Shown here one piece after another: positions 6,563-16,177 of a stretch of DNA of 32,000 bases (positions are counted from its first letter, which is position 1; each line of letters starts with the position of its first letter). A program made the translations under genes and the position numbers. The notes below the pieces were generated by a model. The model had not been told where the DNA came from, ran no database searches, and saw only the letters and a program-made list of their open reading frames with translations. This DNA is from Haloquadratum walsbyi C23 (lineage in GTDB: Archaea; Halobacteriota; Halobacteria; Halobacteriales; Haloferacaceae): the NCBI RefSeq assembly GCF_000237865.1, contig NC_017459.1, forward strand, positions 1,440,001-1,472,000, read 5' to 3'.

Positions 6563-7909
6563 TTATAGATTTGGACGAAGCGTTCGCCACAAAATCCGCG
6601 GGTGTAATAACGAGGTTGCTTGCCGCTCGAGACGGAACACACGTAAAAACGCCTCTGTCAGCACCCCATCGTCATGAGCTCTCTTGACCAACCGGGATGC
6701 GTATGTATTGAGCAGATCGGTTGCGAATGGTTTCGGACCTGTTGTTTCATTAAATATGAAGTCATTCCCAACCGCTGTTCGCCATGCCTCGTGTATAACC
6801 GGCTTTATGAGATCAAAAACTCGCGGTCCCACTCCAGTGATGCCATCTGACAGTGCGTGATGAACTGCGAGACTATCAAGCGCAGCGACCGACATTCCCT
6901 GTCCATAAATTGGATTAAAACTTGCAACTGCATCGCCAATGACCACAAATCTATCTGGGAATCGATGAAGGGTATGATAGTTATGTCGAACGCTTGCAGG
7001 GAACGGATAACGACGGATATCCGTCAGCCACTGTTGCTCCCGTAGTTCACGCACAGGATCCTGAATTGGGAGCTGAGCAGCCCAGCTGATGAATCGCTCC
7101 GTATCGACAGGAGCCCTCTCACCATGCACCCCCTGTAAGAGAATCTGCCATTGATTCTGCTCGATTGGAAGCATAGCTGCCCCGCGAGGTCGCCCGGGCT
7201 CTGGTGCGATGAGAACACCGTGATGATCATCTGTTGGTCGCGAAATACAGACAGTGCTGTATGTCACATCAATATTCACGCGGTCAACATCCGGCTTTGC
7301 ATACCCATTATTCGCAAGCCACGATGGAGTCTTGCTTGCTCGCCCACTCGCATCAACAGTGATTTTCGATTCAAGCGTTGTTTCTTCACCCTGTTCATCT
7401 CTGAATTTGATGCCCGTAATCTGATTAGCCGATCGATTCTGAGTATAAGTAATAAAATGACAGCCATCTCGAAAGGAGATATTCGATTTACTACGCACTT
7501 TTTTTCGGACAATATGTTCGAATAGTGGTCGACTTGCATAAAGAGCTGACAGTGGGGTTTCCGCTTCCTCGACGGTATCGCCCTTATCATACCAGACAAT
7601 ATCTCTCGTCATGTTGAGAGCGAGTCCCCCAGCGTCTCGAACGCTCTGGGTGAATCCCGGAAAGAGATCCTCAAGCGTTGCTCGACCAGCTTCGAGCAGT
7701 GCATGTGGTTGGCTGGTCTGTGGTGCCCCATCACGGATTGCTGCTTCGTCGGATAACGTATCTCGCTCAATGACTATGACGTCGTCAAAGATACCGGCAA
7801 GCACTCGGGCTGCACAAAGACCAGCCATGCTCCCACCGATAACAACAGCAGTGCCGGTGATGTGTTCAACACGCGATTCATCATATCGTTTCATACTGTT
7901 CAGTGGCAT
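6563..7909 (-). CDS. FAD-dependent monooxygenase/oxidoreductase (UbiH/aromatic-ring hydroxylase-like fold)
   Basis: The 448-aa ORF has an N-terminal GxGxxG motif (AVVIGGSMAGLCAARVLA). It also has the DASG motif (VDASGRAS) and the GD motif of flavin monooxygenases (VVIGDAVASFNPIYGQGMSVA). Confidence 0.85.
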   Translation of the reverse strand: MPLNSMKRYDESRVEHITGTAVVIGGSMAGLCAARVLAGIFDDVIVIERDTLSDEAAIRDGAPQTSQPHALLEAGRATLEDLFPGFTQSVRDAGGLALNMTRDIVWYDKGDTVEEAETPLSALYASRPLFEHIVRKKVRSKSNISFRDGCHFITYTQNRSANQITGIKFRDEQGEETTLESKITVDASGRASKTPSWLANNGYAKPDVDRVNIDVTYSTVCISRPTDDHHGVLIAPEPGRPRGAAMLPIEQNQWQILLQGVHGERAPVDTERFISWAAQLPIQDPVRELREQQWLTDIRRYPFPASVRHNYHTLHRFPDRFVVIGDAVASFNPIYGQGMSVAALDSLAVHHALSDGITGVGPRVFDLIKPVIHEAWRTAVGNDFIFNETTGPKPFATDLLNTYASRLVKRAHDDGVLTEAFLRVFRLERQATSLLHPRILWRTLRPNL

Positions 7910-8537
7910 TATTATAATAAAACTCGAATATATTATGAGAGATTAATTGCAGATCTGTTTCCCTATCATAATAAAATACGCGAGATACCGTATCCTCCAG
8001 CGTTGACTCTGGATGTCATAGAGCTTCGATCATATCATCATTGGAATTCATAGGTGTCTCTGGCTCGAATCGCCCGCCCTCGTTCTGTTTTTGATTGCCA
8101 CCCACAAGCCAGGAAACAGATTATCGGGAGTTCAGCCTTCTGTCTCTGAGTAGATGGCTACCAGAGGTCACCGATAATAAAAAGCCGCACTCGGGCATCG
8201 ACTCGAACTCTTCGTCGCTCATAGGTCGGTCCTGCCTTTCACTCCGTGGCATTTTTATAGCCGCTTGGTATGTCCTTCGACGCTCTCGCGTACATCTTCT
8301 TTGGCGGCATCGAAGCCCTCGTTGACTGGAATCAGCCACGGACGCGGGTTCTCTCCCGGCTTGAGTGGGTCGGGTCCCAGACGACATCACTACGATATGG
8401 CGAAATCACGAGGATGTGCGATAAAAAAGGTTTGAAGAGCGTCCCAAGCAGGTTCTGACCAACCGTATAGAGTGATTTCGTGGATATGATTGCGCTGATT
8501 TGGTTATCACATAGTTTAAGACTTCATCTCATCGAAT

Positions 8538-9800
8538 ATGTACGGAATGGTCACTCCCGTAACCGATCCACTCACGGAGGTTTTGTTTCGACTCCTCATC
8601 GGTGTGGGACTTGCGGCGCTTATTGGATTGGAGCGAGAGCAAAGCGAGTCTGGTGGAACATTCGCCGGGAGCCGTACCTTTCCGCTGTTTGCGCTCTATG
8701 GAGCACTCATCTCGGCATTCTTCCCGAGAATCCTTTCGCTTGCTGTCAGCGCACTTGTCGTCCCGCTCACAGTCGCGTACGCTGGGAAGGTCTGGTATGA
8801 ACAAGATATTGGTCTGACAACGTTGATGGCTGCACTTCTCACCACAATACTGGGAGCGATGACCATGCATTCTGAGACCGGTGCCATCATTGCAATTATT
8901 GTCGGCGGGACTGTGACCGTGCTCCTCTCGGTTAAGGATCCAATCCATGAGTTTGCCAACCAGATCGAAGAGACTGAGCGTCTAGCTTCGGCGAAGTTTA
9001 TTCTGGTTGTCCTCGTTGTTCTCCCGGCGCTTCCAGACCGTCCACTCGACAGTCTCTATGGGCTCAATCCACGGTTTATCTGGTTAATGGTCGTGTTCGT
9101 CACCGGACTTGGCTTCGGTGCGTACGTACTCGCACAGTTTCTCAAACCTGAACAGAGCATCGCTGTAACCGGAGTTATCGGCGGATTTGTTTCCTCAACA
9201 GCAACGACAGTTTCGATGGCTGAGAAAACAGTCGAAAATGAGACGTTGTACCACGTTTGCGCATTCGCAGTTGTCACTGCGTCTATTGTGATGTTCCCAC
9301 GAGCGCTCATTGAAGTCGCGGTCGTCAATCCAACGTTACTCCCGAGTGTCGCTATCCCATTGGGTGTCATGAGTGTCGTTGGGATTGTCGCTGCAGGAGT
9401 GTTGTACTGGCTAACAACGTCCGATGAGACAATCGAATCCGAAGAATTAAAAAATCCATTTCGACTCCAACCGGCGCTCCTGTTTGGCGTGGTATTCGCG
9501 GTTGTGCTTCTCGTCTCCGAGCATGCGCACGAATTACTTGGCACGTCGGGTGTGTACGCCATGGCATTCTTCTCTGGGCTGGCAGATGTCGATGCAATGA
9601 CTATTACACTGAGTAGACTCGCTGCTGAGGGGACGATTTCAACGCAGGTTGCAACCACGGGGATCGTCATTGCAGCCATCGCAAACACGCTGGTCAAGGC
9701 GGCTTTGGCGTGGCTCTTAGGGACGCAGCGTCTTGGTCGGCTTGTCTCTATCGTACTGGGCGTCGTCATCGTGAGTGGTCTCGCGTTGCTCATAGTATAG
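8538..9800 (+). CDS. MgtC/SapB-like N-terminal domain fused to a DUF4010-like polytopic membrane domain
   Basis: The 420-aa ORF is very hydrophobic throughout. The N-terminal ..LLIGVGLAALIGLEREQ.. matches the MgtC-family GLERE signature. The family name for the C-terminal part is from memory. Confidence 0.8.
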   Translation: MYGMVTPVTDPLTEVLFRLLIGVGLAALIGLEREQSESGGTFAGSRTFPLFALYGALISAFFPRILSLAVSALVVPLTVAYAGKVWYEQDIGLTTLMAALLTTILGAMTMHSETGAIIAIIVGGTVTVLLSVKDPIHEFANQIEETERLASAKFILVVLVVLPALPDRPLDSLYGLNPRFIWLMVVFVTGLGFGAYVLAQFLKPEQSIAVTGVIGGFVSSTATTVSMAEKTVENETLYHVCAFAVVTASIVMFPRALIEVAVVNPTLLPSVAIPLGVMSVVGIVAAGVLYWLTTSDETIESEELKNPFRLQPALLFGVVFAVVLLVSEHAHELLGTSGVYAMAFFSGLADVDAMTITLSRLAAEGTISTQVATTGIVIAAIANTLVKAALAWLLGTQRLGRLVSIVLGVVIVSGLALLIV

Positions 9801-9804
9801 GATC

Positions 9805-10350
9805 CCAGTGTCGGGCGGCGTGAGTCAAACTGGTCGTCCGCATCCACCCGGATCGATGCAGTCGACGCCTGAAAGGTGACTACCACGTCGGTCGCAACGA
9901 CTATCGACCCTTTCTCGCCGTTCATGAGCAGAACATCGAGGCATGACATGGCTTTTTCGAGCGGTTCGGGCTACCCAGCGACGTTCGGGCGACAGCCTCG
10001 GGACGGACTCGATGACCCACTCTAGATCGCCCTCGATCTGAGACCGACGCTCGTTCGGGGGTTCGGAGGTTCGGTGATTCGGAATACATCCCACAGTATG
10101 ACGATGACCAGAAGACGCTGGTGAGTGACGACACTAACAAAAATGAGGGGTCCGAGGAAGGAGCCGATGCTGAGCGAGTACTGTGAAACACCTACCGCGT
10201 ATCATCATACAGACTTGGTCGAGCGGTTTCAGGGCGATTCGGGACACGGTGTTGAGGATTGCCATCGGATTCGAATCTGTGAAGGATGCAGATTCACGGT
10301 GCGGTGCTGACCACTCTTCGTAATTAACTTGGAAGTGACTCGGGATCAAG
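9805..10350 (-). pseudogene. GC-rich block of frameshifted gene remnants, family not recognised
   Basis: Three overlapping minus-strand ORFs lie in different frames (9056..9949 5' part, 9825..10094, 10134..10349). Each has short protein-like stretches (LDVLLMNGEKGSIVVATDVVVTFQ.., IEGDLEWVIESVPRLSPER.., MAILNTVSRIALKPLDQV). Composition jumps to GC-rich exactly after the stop at 9800. Confidence 0.25.
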
Positions 10351-10451
10351 TTTTCGTGGGTTTCATTCTGATGCTAACTGCATGATCACTGTGTCCCCGG
10401 TTCGTTGTACTGGATGCGGAACTCATCGCGCTCAGGACGTGAACGTCAACG

Positions 10452-10900
10452 TCACTCGAATTCCAGCGTTGCGTCGTCAGCATCTATATCGTGATCAGAA
10501 AAGACCGCACAATCGAGTGTCGCCACGAAACGAACCGAACGCATCAGACTTGGATCCGCGTTCACGACCGTGACGTCAGCTTCTCGTCGAAGACGCGTTG
10601 CGACTTGTTTGTAGACCTCGTATCGATGGAGATTCCTGTCTCCAAGAATCGGTACGTTTCCCATTCGCTGTCACCGAGTCAGTTGGCAAATGCGAGCCGA
10701 TTATTGCGAGTTTCCCCCCAAAGACGCCCCACGACTGAATCGTCGTGTCCGGGTCGTCGCCCGGATAGAACTGTCTTGCATCGTCGATCGACAGCGGCGG
10801 GAGATCGATCGCCCCCGTCCGTCGCCCATATAGCGGGCTGCCGCCACCGAGGATCTTTTTATTAATGACGCTGATCGACGAGCACGGTGTCGGACTCTGC
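10452..10900 (-). pseudogene. frameshifted gene remnant, family not recognised
   Basis: ORFs 10576..11058 (..GGGSPLYGRRTGAIDLPPLSIDDARQFYPGDDPDTTIQSWGVFGG..) and 10452..10664 (..VPILGDRNLHRYEVYKQVATRLRREADVTVVNADPS..DADDATLEFE*) overlap in different frames. The N-terminal third of the longer ORF is not protein-like. Confidence 0.3.
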
Positions 10901-10919
10901 TCTCGGCGGGGATAAGCAG

Positions 10920-11222
10920 TCACGACACATAAAAATCTGGAACTATTGTGAGATGCAGTAGCACTGCTAGTTGTACGCTCACGGCTCCTACCCGGAGGAT
11001 TCCTGCTAATTGTCGTCGAGATACAGGCAGAGATTCGGCAATCCCCACCAATCCACACGATAGAGAGACAAAGAGAATAAATGGAGATAAGAACTCACCG
11101 AATGTAACGCTCAGAGACACCCACACAAGAACGCCTCCAAGCGACACCCCTACAAAACAGAGCCCTTTCGTCCGTCCATCGGGTTCACGAAACAGTGCCT
11201 GTGATAATCTCTTCATATTCAC
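10920..11222 (-). CDS. small hypothetical membrane protein (about 3 TM segments)
   Basis: The 100-aa ORF has hydrophobic segments (GLCFVGVSLGGVLVWVSLSV, FILFVSLSCGLVGIA, VGAVSVQLAVLLHL). An AT-rich region lies directly upstream. No family was recognised. Confidence 0.35.
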   Translation of the reverse strand: MNMKRLSQALFREPDGRTKGLCFVGVSLGGVLVWVSLSVTFGEFLSPFILFVSLSCGLVGIAESLPVSRRQLAGILRVGAVSVQLAVLLHLTIVPDFYVS

Positions 11223-11731
11223 AATGAAATATACAATATCAGAAAGTCTAGAGATATATAATTACCAGCCAACGGTCTCTCTCGGTGAAATCCCATCTTT
11301 TTGCACTCAGACTCCACTCTAGTATCGACGACAGCCTGGTAATCCACCGGGTCAGTAGTTCACTGTTTATGAAACTGTAGGTCCACGATAATTGCGTCAG
11401 GAATATTGACACCGGTGATTCGGAATATCAGATATATTATCCGAAACCCGCGTTCAAGCAAGGGGGTGACGCTGATTGACTCGACGTCAGATGAGATATG
11501 TTAGTATTCGGTGAGCCTCATTTATATTAAATAATCATCAGATACAGCGAACGTAGCGCATTCACTGAGTTACAAGACGGATGCTACGGGGCGTGACTCC
11601 GAGGCGATTCACCGACTCAACATGCTCGCAATAATACCATGACAGGTCACGATATGTTAGACCGACATCAGGTGGACTGATGATAGTATCGCCGTTTCGA
11701 CACAGACTCTGATGGGATCATATACATGTAG

Positions 11732-13057
11732 TTAATCGTCAGCAACCCCTCCAGAATCCCGTCCGGTAACCAATCCGTCATCAGTCGCACGCTCAGCAAC
11801 GGTTGGCTGGAAGACCCACGCTGCTAGCAACACAATCGGGATCATCGACACAGCCACAATGGAATATCCGGTATGAAGATTTGGCAACAACGGCGCGGCG
11901 TACACCAATGGATAGACGATTCCCCCAACAGTCCCGACTCCACCGACGACGCCTGCGACGGCACCAGAACTGTCCGGAAACATCGCGGGTACCTGTGCGA
12001 AGATTGCTCCTTCTGAGAACGCACAGCCCATCCCAACGAGGAACCCTGCGCTGACAGCGATGAGCACTTGCCCGGTCAGACCCGCAAGCGTCATTCCAAA
12101 CATGGCAAGCACGACGAAACACAACGATACAAACGTCCACTGTTCACGATAGCGACCAGTAAAGAATGGAATTATATTTCGTTCTTTTCGAGCGAGGAGA
12201 TCGCTCACATATCCCCCAACCGGACGGAGAAGTCCAGCTGCAACTGAGAATGTCGCTGCAAACGTGGAAGCCAATACAAGATTCTGTGTATTGAATCCTT
12301 CACGGTAATACGTAGCGAGCCAGCCGTTCATTGATAATTCAAGTCCAAACGTCATGACATACGCCAGTGCAAGCACCACTGTTCCGTACCGCGTCGCGGT
12401 GAAGATCCACTCTTTCAGGCTTGCCTTGCTTTTGGTTGCTGCACGTTTCTGACTGCTTTTTGCGGCTTCACCAAAGGTGTAGTAAACGCCTGCCAACACG
12501 ATTGACACAATTCCAGTATAAAAGAACGCAGCCCGCCAGTTTGTGTTGAAGATTGGACCGCTCCATCCAGGCGAGAATACCCGAGGAAGGATCAGCGCGC
12601 CACCTGCTGCACCGGCGTTTCCGATACCGGCGTAGATTCCCTCAGCAGTTCCAAGTTCTGATGCATCAAACCATTCGGAGACATGCTGAATACCAATCAC
12701 GAACGTGATACCGGCTGTGGCAACGATTAATCGCGTGATGAAGAACACAGTATACGACTCGGCGAACGCACTCCAAATCGAGAAGACTCCGACGTACGCC
12801 AAGACAATAGCGAAGATTGTCGGTGCGCCGAACCGATCCGAGAGCCATCCCGTGAGGATACGTCCAAATGGAGCCAGCCAAATCGCTGCGCTCGCCAAAA
12901 CACCAATCTCCGCCAATGATAGACCGAACTCATCCGCCATCGGTCCGGTAAATGGTGCGAACGAAAACCAAATCAGAAACGAGAAATTGAAACCGACTGT
13001 TGCGAGCAGTAACGTTCGGTACTTCGTCATTTTAATTGGACTATTCATTTGAGACAC
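11732..13057 (-). CDS. narK: MFS nitrate/nitrite transporter (NarK/NasB type)
   Basis: The 441-aa ORF is a 12-TM-like hydrophobic protein with MFS glycine-rich loops (e.g. [10 protein letters not shown]). It is linked to the nasA and nirA genes. A TATA-like ATAATAAAAAA box lies ~45 nt upstream of the ATG on the minus strand. Confidence 0.85.
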   Translation of the reverse strand: MSQMNSPIKMTKYRTLLLATVGFNFSFLIWFSFAPFTGPMADEFGLSLAEIGVLASAAIWLAPFGRILTGWLSDRFGAPTIFAIVLAYVGVFSIWSAFAESYTVFFITRLIVATAGITFVIGIQHVSEWFDASELGTAEGIYAGIGNAGAAGGALILPRVFSPGWSGPIFNTNWRAAFFYTGIVSIVLAGVYYTFGEAAKSSQKRAATKSKASLKEWIFTATRYGTVVLALAYVMTFGLELSMNGWLATYYREGFNTQNLVLASTFAATFSVAAGLLRPVGGYVSDLLARKERNIIPFFTGRYREQWTFVSLCFVVLAMFGMTLAGLTGQVLIAVSAGFLVGMGCAFSEGAIFAQVPAMFPDSSGAVAGVVGGVGTVGGIVYPLVYAAPLLPNLHTGYSIVAVSMIPIVLLAAWVFQPTVAERATDDGLVTGRDSGGVADD

Positions 13058-13627
13058 CCCATGATATCGGTATATCCTGCATACTGACGTTTTTTATTAT
13101 GTGATCGCAACGGCAATGATTTAGACTGCTTTGCATCTTGTATGTGCGATTCCTCTGACATGGTGATTACATTCCATGAATGAATTCGACTTTTGTTTTT
13201 GTATTTGTTATTTTCCACAAGGATACATCATTAATGAGTAATTGATAAACCATTTGATTGACAAATAGTCAATTTGATTGAAGAGTATTTGTGGAATGCA
13301 AAGAACCTATGCTGACAGCGTTTGTTTCAACTTTGCGAGAAGAGAAATTTATTTTTTCATCTAAATCTGATAAATAATTGCACGAAGTAAAGAAATATAC
13401 GTCATCATTGTTCATCGATATGTATTTTCATATGATGTGATCATGTTTCGTTGTCGGATTGTGGTCACTATTTGCTTGCGTCAAGGATGACGACAATGCT
13501 CAACCGAAGGTAATACAGAAGAGAATCTGTTGGATATTTATCGGCTGTCAGACCATATGCTTTCGACACTGAAGGATTACCGAGAGAACGATATCAAATC
13601 AGCAGTTGATCGGAGTAGACCAAGATA

Positions 13628-15715
13628 TCACTTTGAGACGGCACCGTGAGGTGTGTCCATCTTTTGACGCGCTGGCGCCAACAGCGCTACCGCACATTGT
13701 TTGAGGTTCGGTTCAGCAGAATGGGGGTCGACCGCAGACAATGTGAGTTCGTTAATTGTCGCGTTGTGAATCGGCAGCCAGACCATGCCAGGCGGAATAT
13801 CATCGTTCGGACTGACATCTACGATGACCTGAGATCGACGCGATGTAATAACTGTCTGCCCTCGTTCAAACGAGTCTAAATACTGAACAATCGTTTCTGG
13901 ATGGATCCGCGCTGTCGGTCGTTCAGTATCGGTATCATCGCGTGTTCGAACACCGGTATTATACACACCATCTGTTCGACCCGTTGTAAGCGTAAGAGGG
14001 TACTCCGAATCGACAGGCTCTGGAACTTGAGTATGTGTTTCCGTTGAGAACCGTGCCTGACCAGACGCCGTTTGGAACGACCACTCTCCATTGTCGTGAT
14101 ACCGATAGCCCCCTTCTGTATCAGCGCTCGGAGCAGGCCACCGGACGGCTCGTTCAGACTCAAGCCGGTCATAGGTGATACCAAACATGTCTGCGTTCGT
14201 CCCAGCGGTAAGTTCGCGGATCTCGTCAAAAACGGACGTAGGATCCAGCGGTGGTGAATTAAATAGTCCCGCGTGGATTCGGTTTCCGACCGCGGCGATA
14301 ATGTCGATATCCTGTCTGACTTTCGCCGGTGGGTCGGCTGATGCGGTAACTCGCGAAATCCGGCGTTCCATGTTCATGACTGTGCCGGTTGATTCTCCCC
14401 ATGTCGCTGCCGGTAACACCACGTCCGCACAATTGATCGTATCCGATCGGAATGTATCCTGTGTGATTAAGAACGTGTCCTCAAGAGCGGTCTCGACGCG
14501 GCTGGAATCAGGCACGCCGGCGACTGGATTTGTTGCGACTGTCCAGCAAATGTCGATATTACCACGAGCAAGTGCATCGATAATTCGGATAAACCCTGGA
14601 CCGGGGGACTTCGGAAGTCGACCGAATGGAACGTCCCATGTGTCTGCAATGATTTTGCGGTTCGCTGAGTCTCCAAAGGCGCGGTGACCGGGCCACGTTC
14701 CTTTCGAGGCACACACGCGATTACCCATCGAATTTGCCTGTCCTGTCAACGAGAATGGTCCGCTTCCCGGACCGACGTTTCCCGTTGCAAGACACAGGTC
14801 AATAAGTGCTCGCGCTGTCCCCGTCCCCTGAATACTCTGATTGACGCCCATCCCCCAGTAAATGAGTGTGTTCACGGTCAGCGTGCTGGCGATATCACGA
14901 ACGCGCTTGGGTGCAACGCCGGCCGTCTCTGCGGCAGCATCCACCGTCGGGAGCGATTCAACCATCTCCGCATACCCCTTTGTGTGACGATCAACAAACT
15001 GTTCGTCGACGTTTCCCGATGCAATCACAGCTGCGAGCACCGCTCGCGCCAACGCAAGGTCTGTTCCTGGGTCTGGTTGTGCGTGTATGTCGGCGTCGGC
15101 TGCGGTCGTCGTAATAACTGGGTCAACAACGATGAGTTCGCCGTCATTTTCGGTTACACTGTTCATGATCCACGAGTATAATACGGGATGAGCAACAGCT
15201 GGGTTGGCTCCCCAGACGATGTGAGTGTTCGCCTTCGGGATATCGTCATAGGTCGGTGGGGGTCCGTCACTCCCGAATGCCTGATAATATGCGGCGACCG
15301 CCGAAGCCATACACAGGGTTGTGTTTGCGTCATAGTACTGTGTCCCAATCGCGCCTCGGGTAACCTTTCCAAGGGCGTAAGCTGCCTCGTTCGTTTGCTG
15401 ACCACTTCCCAGCACCGCGACATTGTCCGGATTCTGTCGAACAGCCTCAACAAGCCGCGTTGCCGCGACGCCAAGCGCGGTGTCCCACGTCGTTGGCTGT
15501 AGTGAGCCACCCCGGCGGATTAGTGGCTGTGTCAACCGGTCCGTCCTTGTATTGGTTGTTTCTCTGACGCCACGTTGGCACTTTACTCCGCCATTTGTTG
15601 GGTGATTTGGATCTCCCGAGACATCGACAATATGCTCGTCGTCGTCAGCTTCCGTTTGAAGATAACCGCAGCCAACCGCACATCGCATGCATGTTGTCGG
15701 TTGCGTCTCTTTCAT
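13628..15715 (-). CDS. nasA: assimilatory nitrate reductase, molybdopterin catalytic subunit, copy 1
   Basis: The ORF is 13628..15721 (GTG); ATG at 15715 gives MKETQPTTCMRCAVGCG... It has an N-terminal 4Fe-4S motif C-X2-C-X3-C...C (..VKCQRG) and a conserved Mo-ligand region TTLCMASAV. There is no twin-arginine signal, so a cytoplasmic assimilatory type is expected. The length is ~695 aa. Confidence 0.9.
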   Translation of the reverse strand: MKETQPTTCMRCAVGCGYLQTEADDDEHIVDVSGDPNHPTNGGVKCQRGVRETTNTRTDRLTQPLIRRGGSLQPTTWDTALGVAATRLVEAVRQNPDNVAVLGSGQQTNEAAYALGKVTRGAIGTQYYDANTTLCMASAVAAYYQAFGSDGPPPTYDDIPKANTHIVWGANPAVAHPVLYSWIMNSVTENDGELIVVDPVITTTAADADIHAQPDPGTDLALARAVLAAVIASGNVDEQFVDRHTKGYAEMVESLPTVDAAAETAGVAPKRVRDIASTLTVNTLIYWGMGVNQSIQGTGTARALIDLCLATGNVGPGSGPFSLTGQANSMGNRVCASKGTWPGHRAFGDSANRKIIADTWDVPFGRLPKSPGPGFIRIIDALARGNIDICWTVATNPVAGVPDSSRVETALEDTFLITQDTFRSDTINCADVVLPAATWGESTGTVMNMERRISRVTASADPPAKVRQDIDIIAAVGNRIHAGLFNSPPLDPTSVFDEIRELTAGTNADMFGITYDRLESERAVRWPAPSADTEGGYRYHDNGEWSFQTASGQARFSTETHTQVPEPVDSEYPLTLTTGRTDGVYNTGVRTRDDTDTERPTARIHPETIVQYLDSFERGQTVITSRRSQVIVDVSPNDDIPPGMVWLPIHNATINELTLSAVDPHSAEPNLKQCAVALLAPARQKMDTPHGAVSK

Positions 15716-16177
15716 AACCACCGACAGTTCCAGAACTGATTGACAATTATTATACTACTCATAACCATTATCGGATCTCTCAGATAGATACACACAGCTT
15801 TGTCCAGGATATAACCGTTGTTCATAATAAAGAATCCTTATATTTCGACCGTCTGAGGGGCTTTACTGCGTGTTTCGTATGGAGACGTATTAATCGATGA
15901 AGGGACCTAAATGAATATCCTTCCTCAAAATCAAAAGTTCCGATCTTTCACTAAACCAACCAGAGTATCACGGGATGATATATTCATCCTCTTATGATTG
16001 AAATTATCACGTCGGATCGATCGATGTATGATTCTCTCCAATTCCTCCGTATAATTTCTGTATTTGTTAAAGCAACAGCATTTTATGCCACGATATTAAT
16101 TTGAAACCAATCAAAAAGATGCAATCAAGTAGAAATACGTCGATCAAAAACAGAGTAACAAAAACTGGTGATCACGC

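Noticed and set aside
8255-8389. A 43-codon stop-to-stop frame on the minus strand (..LGPDPLKPGENPRPWLIPVNEGFDAAKEDVRESVEGHTKRL*) and the ORF 8121..8390
   Set aside because: The protein-like frame has no start codon and no recognisable family. The listed 89-aa ORF is R-rich and basic. It may be another gene remnant, but the evidence is too thin to annotate.
10266-10280. GGATTCGAATC, resembling a tRNA T-arm (reverse complement ..AGATTCGAATCCGA..)
   Set aside because: The flanking bases cannot form a T-stem, and no acceptor, D or anticodon arms are present. It lies inside a coding remnant. No other GGTTCGAATCC-like box was seen in the window.
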